From the IMG/VR virus record IMGVR_UViG_3300023174_000067, positions 32,001 through 96,000 of that record: 64,000 nucleotides of DNA; one strand, given 5' to 3'. The notes under the pieces are model-generated. The model made no database searches, was not told the origin of the DNA, and saw only the letters and a list, made by a program, of their open reading frames with translations. The position numbers and the translations under genes are program-made. The stretch's first letter is position 1, and each line of letters begins with the position of its first letter. Below, piece after piece: positions 49,723-58,977 of the stretch. This DNA comes from a virus.

Positions 49723-50358
49723 TTATTTTTGAAAGTATTTCTCAATTCTTTTACTTAATCTAACTCTTGGGTCATTTATTGTTCTACCAACATCTTCATA
49801 TTTTAACACAAACCCAAAACTTAAAAAAACTCTTCTTGAATTAAATTCATTTGTCCAATGTTTATATAGAGATGCTTCAAACCCATATAAATCGGATTCT
49901 TGTATTTTAACCGACTCTTTATCCACATAAAAATCATAATCTTCTGACAATACACTGATGTTACATTTATAATTAACATATCCATCTATTGATGCGTCAT
50001 AATGGGGATTTATTTTTCCTCCTTTATTCATATCAACAGCTTGAAGAAAAACATTATCTTTTGGAAAATTAAATTCTTCTGAGATTCTATCTATTATGTT
50101 AAAAATAAAAGAGGGCAAACCCTCTTTTGATACATCAGATATTGATTGGAATTTTGTAATATAATTTGTTAAAGGTGTATTTGAAATATCAAACATACAA
50201 GATTTACCCTTTAATACTTTGGATAATTCTGTGAGATGGTAATTACTATCATCACCCGTATGATTAACAGAATCTAACCAATTTATTATTTGGTTTGCCT
50301 CATCTTGTGTGATGAAATTTTTTTTTATCTTACAAGTTTCCAAATCCGTATTTACCAA
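49723..50358 (-). CDS. 2OG-Fe(II) oxygenase
   Basis: KKNFIT..E N-terminus, GGKINPHYD (HxD), distal His (YKHWT), RRVFLSF; start uncertain (TTG). Confidence 0.8.
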   Translation of the reverse strand: MVNTDLETCKIKKNFITQDEANQIINWLDSVNHTGDDSNYHLTELSKVLKGKSCMFDISNTPLTNYITKFQSISDVSKEGLPSFIFNIIDRISEEFNFPKDNVFLQAVDMNKGGKINPHYDASIDGYVNYKCNISVLSEDYDFYVDKESVKIQESDLYGFEASLYKHWTNEFNSRRVFLSFGFVLKYEDVGRTINDPRVRLSKRIEKYFQK

Positions 50359-50596
50359 TTTTCTTTAGATTATGTTTTGTTAAAAATTCACTTGGGTTCA
50401 TAGCTTCAATTATTGTTAATTCGGCAGAATCCATAAGTTGTTTAGCCTTTTCTTCGGTTACTGCCATCACACATAATTTATGCGTCGCAGGTAATTCTCC
50501 AGTTGGTGATAAATCTATTTTTAATATATTATCATTTTTCATTTTTTCTCTTGCTCGAAGAACTTTAGATTCTTCACATAATATACAAATTCTCAT
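50330..50596 (-). CDS. Hypothetical protein
   Basis: 88-aa ORF overlapping the oxygenase start. Confidence 0.6.
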   Translation of the reverse strand: MRICILCEESKVLRAREKMKNDNILKIDLSPTGELPATHKLCVMAVTEEKAKQLMDSAELTIIEAMNPSEFLTKHNLKKIGKYGFGNL

Positions 50597-50614
50597 AATT
50601 GTTATTTTTTAATT

Positions 50615-51691
50615 TTAATCGATTGGTAAACCCGATAAATAATCGCCAGTTATATCATACCATTGGTCATTCCATACATATTTCATAACTTTATCAACAA
50701 CAACATAAGACTCATATTGTGTTGTACCCGTACTAACATCGCTATTAATAAAAATACCACTTAAAAAATATACATCATTTTCTGTATTTGCGGTTGTTGC
50801 AGCTGGTAAATTTGCAATAATATAATCATACGCAGAATCCCTAATAGTTTCTGTGGCAAATATCATTTGTTTATTATAGATTTCTTCAGAAGTACCTGTA
50901 AAACCTGTTAAGGTTGATTTATACGGCCATAAAATATCAGTTAATTTCCAAAAAGAATAATTTTCATTATCAAATGGTGGATTACTTTGACTCGGCGCTT
51001 CAGTTAATACATTCGCAACTTGGTTAATCGCACCCCATACTGCACCACAAGTATTATCTGTTGTGCTATCAGATTTACCTCTTCTTAACATTCTACCTGA
51101 ACGACCATCTTCAGTAACACCAATGTGTGGCATACTTGTCACAAATAAAGTTCCACCAAGTGTTGTTGCTACGTGACTTGCAAAAGCTCCAAAACCAACA
51201 CTACCAACAAATGGATATCCTGCTAAACCACCCGATTGAAATGGTCCTAAAAATGAATTAATACTATTTGGCCAACCACCAATATTTGCTTGTACTTTTG
51301 GTGCATCAACATCATCAGAACAAATACCTTGAGCATAAACAATATCCGTTGATGGTATACCTTCATTTGTAATATACTCCGTTGTATATGTTCCCCACAC
51401 TTCAGATAATACCGCACCTGAGAATGGTTGAGCACCTCCGTCAACGGTAATATTTCTTACAGTTTCAGTATATGCAGTTTGTCCTGTTAATGGCGTTGGG
51501 ACGGTTATTTCATATGTTTTATCATATTCCACGACAGTTAATTCATAAGTACCGTATGGATAATCACTAATATTGTTAAATGGTATTGTTTGTACCCCTA
51601 AATCAATTGTACCTCCTGTTGAGGGTGAAAAAGTCACATCGGCAGTTTTACCCGATAAATTTGTGCTTGTTATTCTAATTCCTTGTATCAT
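50615..51691 (-). CDS. LCIB/theta-type carbonic anhydrase domain fused to a beta-rich N-terminal domain
   Basis: ICSDD, FQSGGLAGYPFVGSVGFGAFASHV, PHIGVTEDG..G...R.G, TCGA: LCIB-family motifs with a Cys/His/Cys metal triad. Confidence 0.8.
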   Translation of the reverse strand: MIQGIRITSTNLSGKTADVTFSPSTGGTIDLGVQTIPFNNISDYPYGTYELTVVEYDKTYEITVPTPLTGQTAYTETVRNITVDGGAQPFSGAVLSEVWGTYTTEYITNEGIPSTDIVYAQGICSDDVDAPKVQANIGGWPNSINSFLGPFQSGGLAGYPFVGSVGFGAFASHVATTLGGTLFVTSMPHIGVTEDGRSGRMLRRGKSDSTTDNTCGAVWGAINQVANVLTEAPSQSNPPFDNENYSFWKLTDILWPYKSTLTGFTGTSEEIYNKQMIFATETIRDSAYDYIIANLPAATTANTENDVYFLSGIFINSDVSTGTTQYESYVVVDKVMKYVWNDQWYDITGDYLSGLPID

Positions 51692-51716
51692 TTTTTTTGT
51701 TTTTATTTTTTATTTA

Positions 51717-53864
51717 TTATAATACTAATCCAAAATTTAAATCATTTTCTGGTATCTCTAACGCATTTAAGAAAAAACAAGGTGATTCGGTTAATGTTTC
51801 TATTGTTAGAACATCAGATTCATCATAATATGATAATCTATTATCACCATTTTTATTTTTGAATACATTAACTGTTGTGATATCATATAACATGCCCGTA
51901 CTTAAACAAACACCACTAACCGCTGTATTAACAATGTTCCATTGAAAATAATTATCAATTGTGTTATCTATAAAATTATCAGGGATGGAGTTGTTATAGA
52001 AATATTCACCAATAGTATTGTTATAAAAATTATTACCTATGATATTACCTTGTGGTGATGAACCGCCGTAACCAAAATTTTCACCTATTATATTGTTACT
52101 AAAATTAAAACCGATATTGTTAGAGGAAAAATTTTCACCAATAGTATTGTTATTAAACCCTGCCGTACATAAGTTACTAAACACACCGCCCAAAAAGTCA
52201 TTATCAAAGGTATATGAACCAAATTTATTATTATATGTCCCTCCTGAAAATTGATTACCACCTATAAAAGAACCAATATCATTTAATTCAAATTCACCCA
52301 ACATTAAATTTCCTTTAAATTCATTACCGATTGTGTTATCACGAAAAGAATTTAAAATGGTGTTATTTTCAAAAATATTATTAATTATGTTTCCCCTAAA
52401 ATTATATGTCCCAATAGTTAAATTAGTTCCAATAGTATTATTATAAAAATTGAATCCAATATTATTTTCGTAGAAATATGAATATATTGTATTACCATTA
52501 TACCCATTCCCAATTAAATTACGATAAAATTCGGAATAACTTTCATTGTAATTATATCCATTACCAATATCATTATTATAGAAGTCATCATAAATTTTAT
52601 TGTTATTAAACTGATTTCCTATTTCATTATTTTGAAAATTACCAGAATTCCAAACATTATCCCTAAAGTCATTTCCAATATTGTTTCTGTAAAAAGACCC
52701 CCCAATTAAAATGTTATTGTAAAAATCACTACCAATTCTATTATTGTTGAAATTGGCCGTGATATAATTGTTATTAAAATAATCCCCAATTATATTCCCG
52801 TCAAAATCATCATTTGTTGAGTTGTTATAAAAACTATCACCTATTTGATTACTATCACAATCATCATTAAATGTATTATTATAAGAACCGTTACCGATGG
52901 TGTTATTTATATATTCGCCAGATATAAACACATTATTTGCCAATAAAAAATCACCAACACCCCAATTCAAATATAAATTGGCTTGGTTCCCAACATAGTT
53001 ATTTATTGCAGTTTCATTATCAATAGCATCACCAAATGTTGTGTATTCATAAACTTGGTTTCTTATGTTAGGTTGATAATAACTCATAATACCATCGTCA
53101 GATGCAGAATAATAAAGCGAATCAGTAGTTACACTTAATGTTTCACCTGATATAATCATTAAAGAATCACTCACAACAGATATCACATCAAAAAATGAAG
53201 GATTTGAATTTTGTACTGAAACAACTGACCCGATTGAAAAATCTGAGGTAAATGTTGTTCCTGTGTTACCGTATAATACTCCTGTACTACCTGTTAAACC
53301 ACTTATCCCAACAAGACCACTTAATGGGTTATTTTCGTAATATGAATAACCACGATATCTTTTAAATAAAATAGTTCTGTGGTCATAGTCCGTCCTGTTA
53401 TTTAAATTATCAATTCTTTCAGTAATTCTACCAAATGCAGGTCCTTGTGTTTTTTCAGTCGTACTAAATGTCCAATCATATTTTATTTTATCAAAAGGAA
53501 ATTCAGGTTGGAATGCATCTATAGATATTGTATTTGCAGATGTTGCAAAAACAACAATAGGAGATACAGTATCGGCACTTTTATATATTTCAATATTAAT
53601 TGAATTTTTTTGATTATCATAATCTGGTTGGTCATAACAAGTTCTAAAATCTGTTATGATATAATACGCACCTACATTTAATGTTTCGCCAGTTATATTG
53701 TCTACAAGTTCTGAATATGTTGTCTCTATAACTCCACCACCATTTCCTGTAATGGATGAAAAGTCAATATGATATGAAGCACCGTTTAATTCTACTGGTA
53801 TTAAAGTATCTGGTGTTGGTACTTCCAGATAAGTTAATTGTCCTATGGTTTTTCCTGTTAACAT
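51717..53864 (-). CDS. Putative tail fibre/spike with Asn-rich beta-helix repeats
   Basis: YYIITDF, GRITERID..NNRTDYD.R.I.FKRY, many N-x-I-G-x-x-F-x-N repeats. Confidence 0.7.
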   Translation of the reverse strand: MLTGKTIGQLTYLEVPTPDTLIPVELNGASYHIDFSSITGNGGGVIETTYSELVDNITGETLNVGAYYIITDFRTCYDQPDYDNQKNSINIEIYKSADTVSPIVVFATSANTISIDAFQPEFPFDKIKYDWTFSTTEKTQGPAFGRITERIDNLNNRTDYDHRTILFKRYRGYSYYENNPLSGLVGISGLTGSTGVLYGNTGTTFTSDFSIGSVVSVQNSNPSFFDVISVVSDSLMIISGETLSVTTDSLYYSASDDGIMSYYQPNIRNQVYEYTTFGDAIDNETAINNYVGNQANLYLNWGVGDFLLANNVFISGEYINNTIGNGSYNNTFNDDCDSNQIGDSFYNNSTNDDFDGNIIGDYFNNNYITANFNNNRIGSDFYNNILIGGSFYRNNIGNDFRDNVWNSGNFQNNEIGNQFNNNKIYDDFYNNDIGNGYNYNESYSEFYRNLIGNGYNGNTIYSYFYENNIGFNFYNNTIGTNLTIGTYNFRGNIINNIFENNTILNSFRDNTIGNEFKGNLMLGEFELNDIGSFIGGNQFSGGTYNNKFGSYTFDNDFLGGVFSNLCTAGFNNNTIGENFSSNNIGFNFSNNIIGENFGYGGSSPQGNIIGNNFYNNTIGEYFYNNSIPDNFIDNTIDNYFQWNIVNTAVSGVCLSTGMLYDITTVNVFKNKNGDNRLSYYDESDVLTIETLTESPCFFLNALEIPENDLNFGLVL

Positions 53865-53918
53865 CGTTTTTCTATTTTATTTATAAATATCTTTTATTGT
53901 TTTATTATTTACTTTTCT

Positions 53919-55514
53919 TTAACAAGTACCTGAAAATGTTAATGGGAATTGACAATCAAATGCAAACCCACCACCAGCTCCCGTAAATACGTAGGTATAC
54001 GTACCATCAGAGTTAACAACTCCTACAATACTTGTTCTACCAATATTATCAGTAATTACATCGTTTACTTGTATCTGTAAAGTTTCAGAAGTTTGAGTTA
54101 ATTTTAATGTATTACTATTAATTGATGTTGCACCATCCCATAATGTTGGTACAACAATTTGACGAACACAATTTGGAGTTAATGTTAGTGTTGGAGTTGG
54201 TGTAGGTGTAGGTGTTTGAGTTGGTGTAATAGTAGGTGTAGGTGTTGGTCCATAACAAGAGGTCACACAATCGGAATATCCTGGTTCTCCTGTTAAATCA
54301 TATGTTCCTGATGTTGCGAGTTCATCTAAAATTTCAAATGAGTATCCTCTATTTTCAGGATTGTTATAAAAATATCCAATAGTTAAAGGGGTGTTATATG
54401 GAACAAAAGCGGTAAATGTACCAGCAAAATTACAAGGATTTCCACAACTATAACCATTAACATTATAATAACGATAAGGTGGTAATGGAGATTCCGTTGG
54501 TGTTGTGGTTGGAGTTGAAGTTGGAGTTGAAGTTAAGGTTGGTGTCGGAGTTGAAGTTGGAGTTGAAGTTAAGGTTGGTGTTGGAGTTGAAGTTGATGTT
54601 AAAGTTGGTGTCGGAGTTGGTGTTGGGTCAACAAACGAAAGATAAAAATCATTATAAACATCGATATATTCATTAATATCTGTTTGTAATATTGCATCTA
54701 AAATAATTTGCTCTATTATTATATTGTCAGGATTAGTAATACTTGGAGTTAATGTTACACCTGAAAAATTTACATAACCATTTAATGTATTAAAATCAAC
54801 ATCAGGCAAATAAACATGTGTTGTTCCTGATGTATATCCACTATTAATTGTAACTCCTGTTGTTATAACAACGTCTCCATTCGATGTACCATATGTGTTT
54901 GTAAAACTTAAATTAACATCTTCGTTAACAACCCTATTACTATATAAATTATAGTCTATATTTAATGAACCTGGAGTTATTATTGTCTCTAAAGTTATTA
55001 TTATAGGTTCAGGGGTTGTTGTTGGAGTTGGAGTAGGGGTTGACGTTAATGTAGGGGTTGGAGTAGGGGTTGGTAATTGTGGACATTCAGGACACTGTGG
55101 ACAATCAGGACAAGGTGTTAAATAAGATTGGTCTGAACAACAATTTTCATCTGAGATTAAACTATCGTTAACATTAATATATAGTTTTTCTCTTATTGGG
55201 ATTATTAAATCACCCTCGTCATTTTTTAATAAAAATTGACCTTCATATCTGCCTGTTTTTTGTGTATCTTTTTTTGAAAATTTATAAAAAATATAATATT
55301 CTGTAGGAGTATTTGGGTCATCAAATACTTTAGAAACAAATCCTGCGGCTTTAGATGTTATTTTTGGAATTCCAGTTTCTACATTAACCATTGAAAAGAA
55401 GATTCCCGACTTTTCAATTAAATTCATAAAACTATGATAGTCACTCCTTCCGTCCTTAACAACTTGCATCTTAAGCACAGGTAAGGTTGCGTTTTTATTT
55501 ATAAAAAATTCCAT
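53919..55514 (-). CDS. Putative virion protein with conserved-looking N-terminal domain and three Pro/Thr mucin-like tracts
   Basis: FFINKNATLPVLKM...GRYEGQF, CPDCPQCPECP, (PT)n tracts; TATTTAT motif upstream. Confidence 0.7.
   Translation of the reverse strand: MEFFINKNATLPVLKMQVVKDGRSDYHSFMNLIEKSGIFFSMVNVETGIPKITSKAAGFVSKVFDDPNTPTEYYIFYKFSKKDTQKTGRYEGQFLLKNDEGDLIIPIREKLYINVNDSLISDENCCSDQSYLTPCPDCPQCPECPQLPTPTPTPTLTSTPTPTPTTTPEPIIITLETIITPGSLNIDYNLYSNRVVNEDVNLSFTNTYGTSNGDVVITTGVTINSGYTSGTTHVYLPDVDFNTLNGYVNFSGVTLTPSITNPDNIIIEQIILDAILQTDINEYIDVYNDFYLSFVDPTPTPTPTLTSTSTPTPTLTSTPTSTPTPTLTSTPTSTPTTTPTESPLPPYRYYNVNGYSCGNPCNFAGTFTAFVPYNTPLTIGYFYNNPENRGYSFEILDELATSGTYDLTGEPGYSDCVTSCYGPTPTPTITPTQTPTPTPTPTLTLTPNCVRQIVVPTLWDGATSINSNTLKLTQTSETLQIQVNDVITDNIGRTSIVGVVNSDGTYTYVFTGAGGGFAFDCQFPLTFSGTC
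54497..54628. repeat. Tandem repeats encoding TPTPTLTSTPTS units
   Basis: Recurrent ggagttgaagttggagttgaagttaaggttggtgt. Confidence 0.85.
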
Positions 55515-55540
55515 TTACTTTTTTATAATAAATACCACGA

Positions 55541-57223
55541 TTACGACTCTTTTCTTAAATTACCATCATAAAATTCAAAACGATTATGTTCTGTTGGGGT
55601 TAACAATAATAATCCAGGATTCAATTCTCCTTTTCGAGTGTTTTGGAACATATAAGACATCCAAGTTTGTTCAAACGGTTTATCCCATTTTTCCGTTAAA
55701 AACATTTTTTTGTTACCACTTTTACTAACTACCTGAGGCCAATTAGAATAATATACATCACCATCTATATAACCCAAACCATTATGTATTTTAATATTTT
55801 TAAAAATTGTTTTTGGAGAATCGGGGTCCGTTCCCTTTAAGGGTAAATTAGTTTTTTCAGGAAAATGAGAATTCCTAACATGTTGAGGGACGTTATACCA
55901 AGACCATTGAGTACTATTATCACCAAAAAATTCGGTAAAAGACAACTTTAAAAAATCAAATTTTTCTTTACCAATAATTGATAATGATTTTTGATATAAA
56001 TTAGAAACATATCTGTTAAATCCATTTTTACAAACCTCACCTTTTTTTGGATAAAAAAACATATCGTCCTCAAAAAAGAAATAAAAATCAAACTCATTTT
56101 CATTCGCATGTTCCGATATAAATTGTCTACCTCCACAAATACCAAGATTATCTTTTTTAATGTGAGTAAACCCATGTTTTTCACATAGTTCCAAATATTT
56201 TTCTGTTGTTGATAAATCAGAAGAATTATCTAACAAAAACTTTTTTGGTTTATTAATAAAGTCTGAATCATATTCTAACATTGATTTAATTAATGTTTCA
56301 AACTGATTTGGACTATTAAATGTTATAACATATAGTGCGGTATTTTCAGGATTTAAAAAAGAATCATCGTTTTTTATTTTTTCAGTTTCATAGTTCTTTA
56401 ATTCTTCAAAAAATGGCCAAACTAATCCATTACCACTAATATCAAACTTATGTATTAAATTAGGATGTCTGTGAGTTAATATAGTAAAAAGACATTCATC
56501 CGCACCCATATACCCATCCCTCAATGTTGTCTCCATTACTGAATAATATAAATTATTCAACTCATGTACTTTATTTTTTGAACCACCAAAAAATCCTCCT
56601 CTACAAACGTAATTGACAAAATCGGTATTACAATAACGAGACATTGCGGTTCTTTCAAACCCATGAATTTCATCATTTGCATCATATGGATATGCTAAAT
56701 GAATAAACTTACCTTCATTTTTAATTACAAAATTATTTAAATTATCTAAGACTAAATCTTTTTGAAAATATCCTTTATTTACAGTATTTGTTAACCCACC
56801 GTCAATCCAAAAGAAATATTCAGAATTAAATGGATTTACAATTGCAGAATCATTTAACATAAACATTTTGGTAAACATCATCGGATTATAATATTTTAGT
56901 GATGCTTGAGGGGATTCTTTTAACCAATCCGCAAATGAATACCATTTTTCATCAGTTCTGATTTCTTGAATTCTATCAAAAAAAGGATTCCATGTTTCAA
57001 AATCGGTAACTTCTTTTATAAAAATTTTTGTCGGTTTATTTTCTCTAATTCTTATAACATCTTCTTCCAATTCTTTTGGTATCCAAACACACATTTGAGC
57101 ATCGGTTTCTAACATTTCAAAAAACCGTTCTTTATAATAATTAAAGTCTCTTTTAGCCCACCCATTTAGGTATCCTCTTCCCATGTCCCAAAGACCAGTT
57201 ACGATTGTAATATTTTTATTCAT
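55541..57223 (-). CDS. HtrL/YibB (WlaTC)-like glycosyltransferase fused to a second GT-A-like domain
   Basis: ITIVTGLWDMGR, NPFNSEYFFWIDGG, GGFFGG, ADE; then LDNSSD, NLGICGGR, FFEDD. Confidence 0.7.
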   Translation of the reverse strand: MNKNITIVTGLWDMGRGYLNGWAKRDFNYYKERFFEMLETDAQMCVWIPKELEEDVIRIRENKPTKIFIKEVTDFETWNPFFDRIQEIRTDEKWYSFADWLKESPQASLKYYNPMMFTKMFMLNDSAIVNPFNSEYFFWIDGGLTNTVNKGYFQKDLVLDNLNNFVIKNEGKFIHLAYPYDANDEIHGFERTAMSRYCNTDFVNYVCRGGFFGGSKNKVHELNNLYYSVMETTLRDGYMGADECLFTILTHRHPNLIHKFDISGNGLVWPFFEELKNYETEKIKNDDSFLNPENTALYVITFNSPNQFETLIKSMLEYDSDFINKPKKFLLDNSSDLSTTEKYLELCEKHGFTHIKKDNLGICGGRQFISEHANENEFDFYFFFEDDMFFYPKKGEVCKNGFNRYVSNLYQKSLSIIGKEKFDFLKLSFTEFFGDNSTQWSWYNVPQHVRNSHFPEKTNLPLKGTDPDSPKTIFKNIKIHNGLGYIDGDVYYSNWPQVVSKSGNKKMFLTEKWDKPFEQTWMSYMFQNTRKGELNPGLLLLTPTEHNRFEFYDGNLRKES

Positions 57224-58001
57224 ATTTTTTTACTAATTTCTTTAATAGATTAATATCTTTTTTTGTATTATGTAATATTTTTACATTATTTGTATTTAAA
57301 TAATCCTCTTCATTTTTTGAAAAATCACCTAAAAAAGATTCAACACCATTTGTAAATGTTTCATTACTTGATAAAATTTTGTAGTTAACATTATTCTCAT
57401 AAGCATATTTTGTAATAAACAACTCATCAGGAAATTTACAATAAAATCCAAATTCAGGCATTACTGTATGTGGATATAATTTATCGTGATATTCTTGTGA
57501 TAATTTATATAAATTCATAATATGATTATATCTACCCCCAAAAAAATTACCCATAGTCCAAATTGCGCCTTCAGGATAATTAACATCAATAAAGTTTGTC
57601 ATACTTGGGTATGTATCTTTAAATAATGCGTTATAAAAATGTCTCATAAACACATATTCTGAGTCTAAAATATCTTTGTCCGTTATTTCACTAACAATTA
57701 TTTGGTCAGCATCTGCAACAAATATATAATCATATTCTTCTACTAAATGTTTCAGACACAATACTTTCATAAAAAGTAAGTGTTGATACTCATTTGGATG
57801 GTGGTCCACAACAATATGTTTCACAAAATCTAAATCATGTTTACGTTCATTATTAGTTATTAAAACAAAATGAACGTCATGATTAGGTAAGAAATTTTTC
57901 TTAGCCGATTTAAAAAAAGCTTCTGATGTATCATAATAATCATTTATTAGTTGAAAATTTTTATCGGGAAAAAACAAAGAGTTAATTAATGCAATTTTCA
58001 T
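57216..58001 (-). CDS. GT6 (ABO/alpha-1,3-Gal(NAc) transferase)-like glycosyltransferase
   Basis: FFKSAKKNFLPNHDVHFVLITN, YDYIFVADAD, GNFFGG, FPDELFITKY parallel GT6 motifs F..SA..F....V.Y.VFTD, DVD, GGFFGG, WHDESHLNKY. Confidence 0.65.
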   Translation of the reverse strand: MKIALINSLFFPDKNFQLINDYYDTSEAFFKSAKKNFLPNHDVHFVLITNNERKHDLDFVKHIVVDHHPNEYQHLLFMKVLCLKHLVEEYDYIFVADADQIIVSEITDKDILDSEYVFMRHFYNALFKDTYPSMTNFIDVNYPEGAIWTMGNFFGGRYNHIMNLYKLSQEYHDKLYPHTVMPEFGFYCKFPDELFITKYAYENNVNYKILSSNETFTNGVESFLGDFSKNEEDYLNTNNVKILHNTKKDINLLKKLVKKYE

Positions 58002-58007
58002 TATATT

Positions 58008-58973
58008 TTAAAATTTAAAATTTATAGTATGTCCTTCGGTGATACCCAATTCAAGTGTTTTATTTTCATCATCAATAGGGTGAAGTGTAACAATTAAAGA
58101 TTTTTTTTGTCCGTATATTGGGTCACCACCCATGGTTTCATTATTAACATTAAATGATAAAGACAATCCATTTTTATCGTCTACTAACTTTCTTACAATA
58201 TCGGTAACATCTGAAACTACGTTTAGTGGGGTTGTACTGTAACCCTCATCAATTTCGAAAGGGGGAGTTCCATAAACAGCATTTTTTACTATTATTTTTT
58301 TTCCCTTGTATATATCAAATTTACCTTTATAAAAATCAGGATGAAGATTAGTTAGGAAAGGATTAAATTCCATATGATAAAATTCGTAGTTTGTAGATTG
58401 TGGATTATCTCTATTTAACCAAGCTTCATAATCCCATCTACCCCAAATTCCTACATCAGAACATTTTTTAATGTGTTTAGATTGAGACCACCAAAAATTA
58501 CCCCAATACCATCCACCATTACAACTAACACCAACATTGTCATATTCATTAAGTTTCTCAACACATTCTCTCCAATTATCAATTAAAAAATATTCCATAC
58601 ATTCTCTCCAAGATGTCACATTTTCTATTTTTTTATGAGAAGGTTCTTTTGAGTTAAATGTTGTCCAATTATTACTAACACCTTTTGTGTGAAAATAAAA
58701 TATCTTAGCATCATCATATTTTTCACCAATCTCTTTTACTTTTTTTATACCAGGATATTCCGCATGATTTTGTTCGTGAAATTCTAGTCTAATCTTAGAG
58801 TAATCATTTAAATAATTTTTAACCTCTTCTCTATCAACATTTGATAAATTAATTGTTAACCATATCTCATCTGAATTATCATATAACCCAGAATTAACCA
58901 TTCTATCTAACTGTTTTTTAATTAAGTCTTTCCATTGACCTACTAAATATGCGTGATACACTACTACTATCAT
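58008..58973 (-). CDS. Putative glycosyltransferase (YxHTKG type) with C-terminal SUEL/lectin-like domain
   Basis: FYFHTKGVS, WRECMEYF, GNFWW; then AVYG...DVT...GGDPIYGQKKSL. Confidence 0.6.
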   Translation of the reverse strand: MIVVVYHAYLVGQWKDLIKKQLDRMVNSGLYDNSDEIWLTINLSNVDREEVKNYLNDYSKIRLEFHEQNHAEYPGIKKVKEIGEKYDDAKIFYFHTKGVSNNWTTFNSKEPSHKKIENVTSWRECMEYFLIDNWRECVEKLNEYDNVGVSCNGGWYWGNFWWSQSKHIKKCSDVGIWGRWDYEAWLNRDNPQSTNYEFYHMEFNPFLTNLHPDFYKGKFDIYKGKKIIVKNAVYGTPPFEIDEGYSTTPLNVVSDVTDIVRKLVDDKNGLSLSFNVNNETMGGDPIYGQKKSLIVTLHPIDDENKTLELGITEGHTINFKF

Positions 58974-58977
58974 AATA

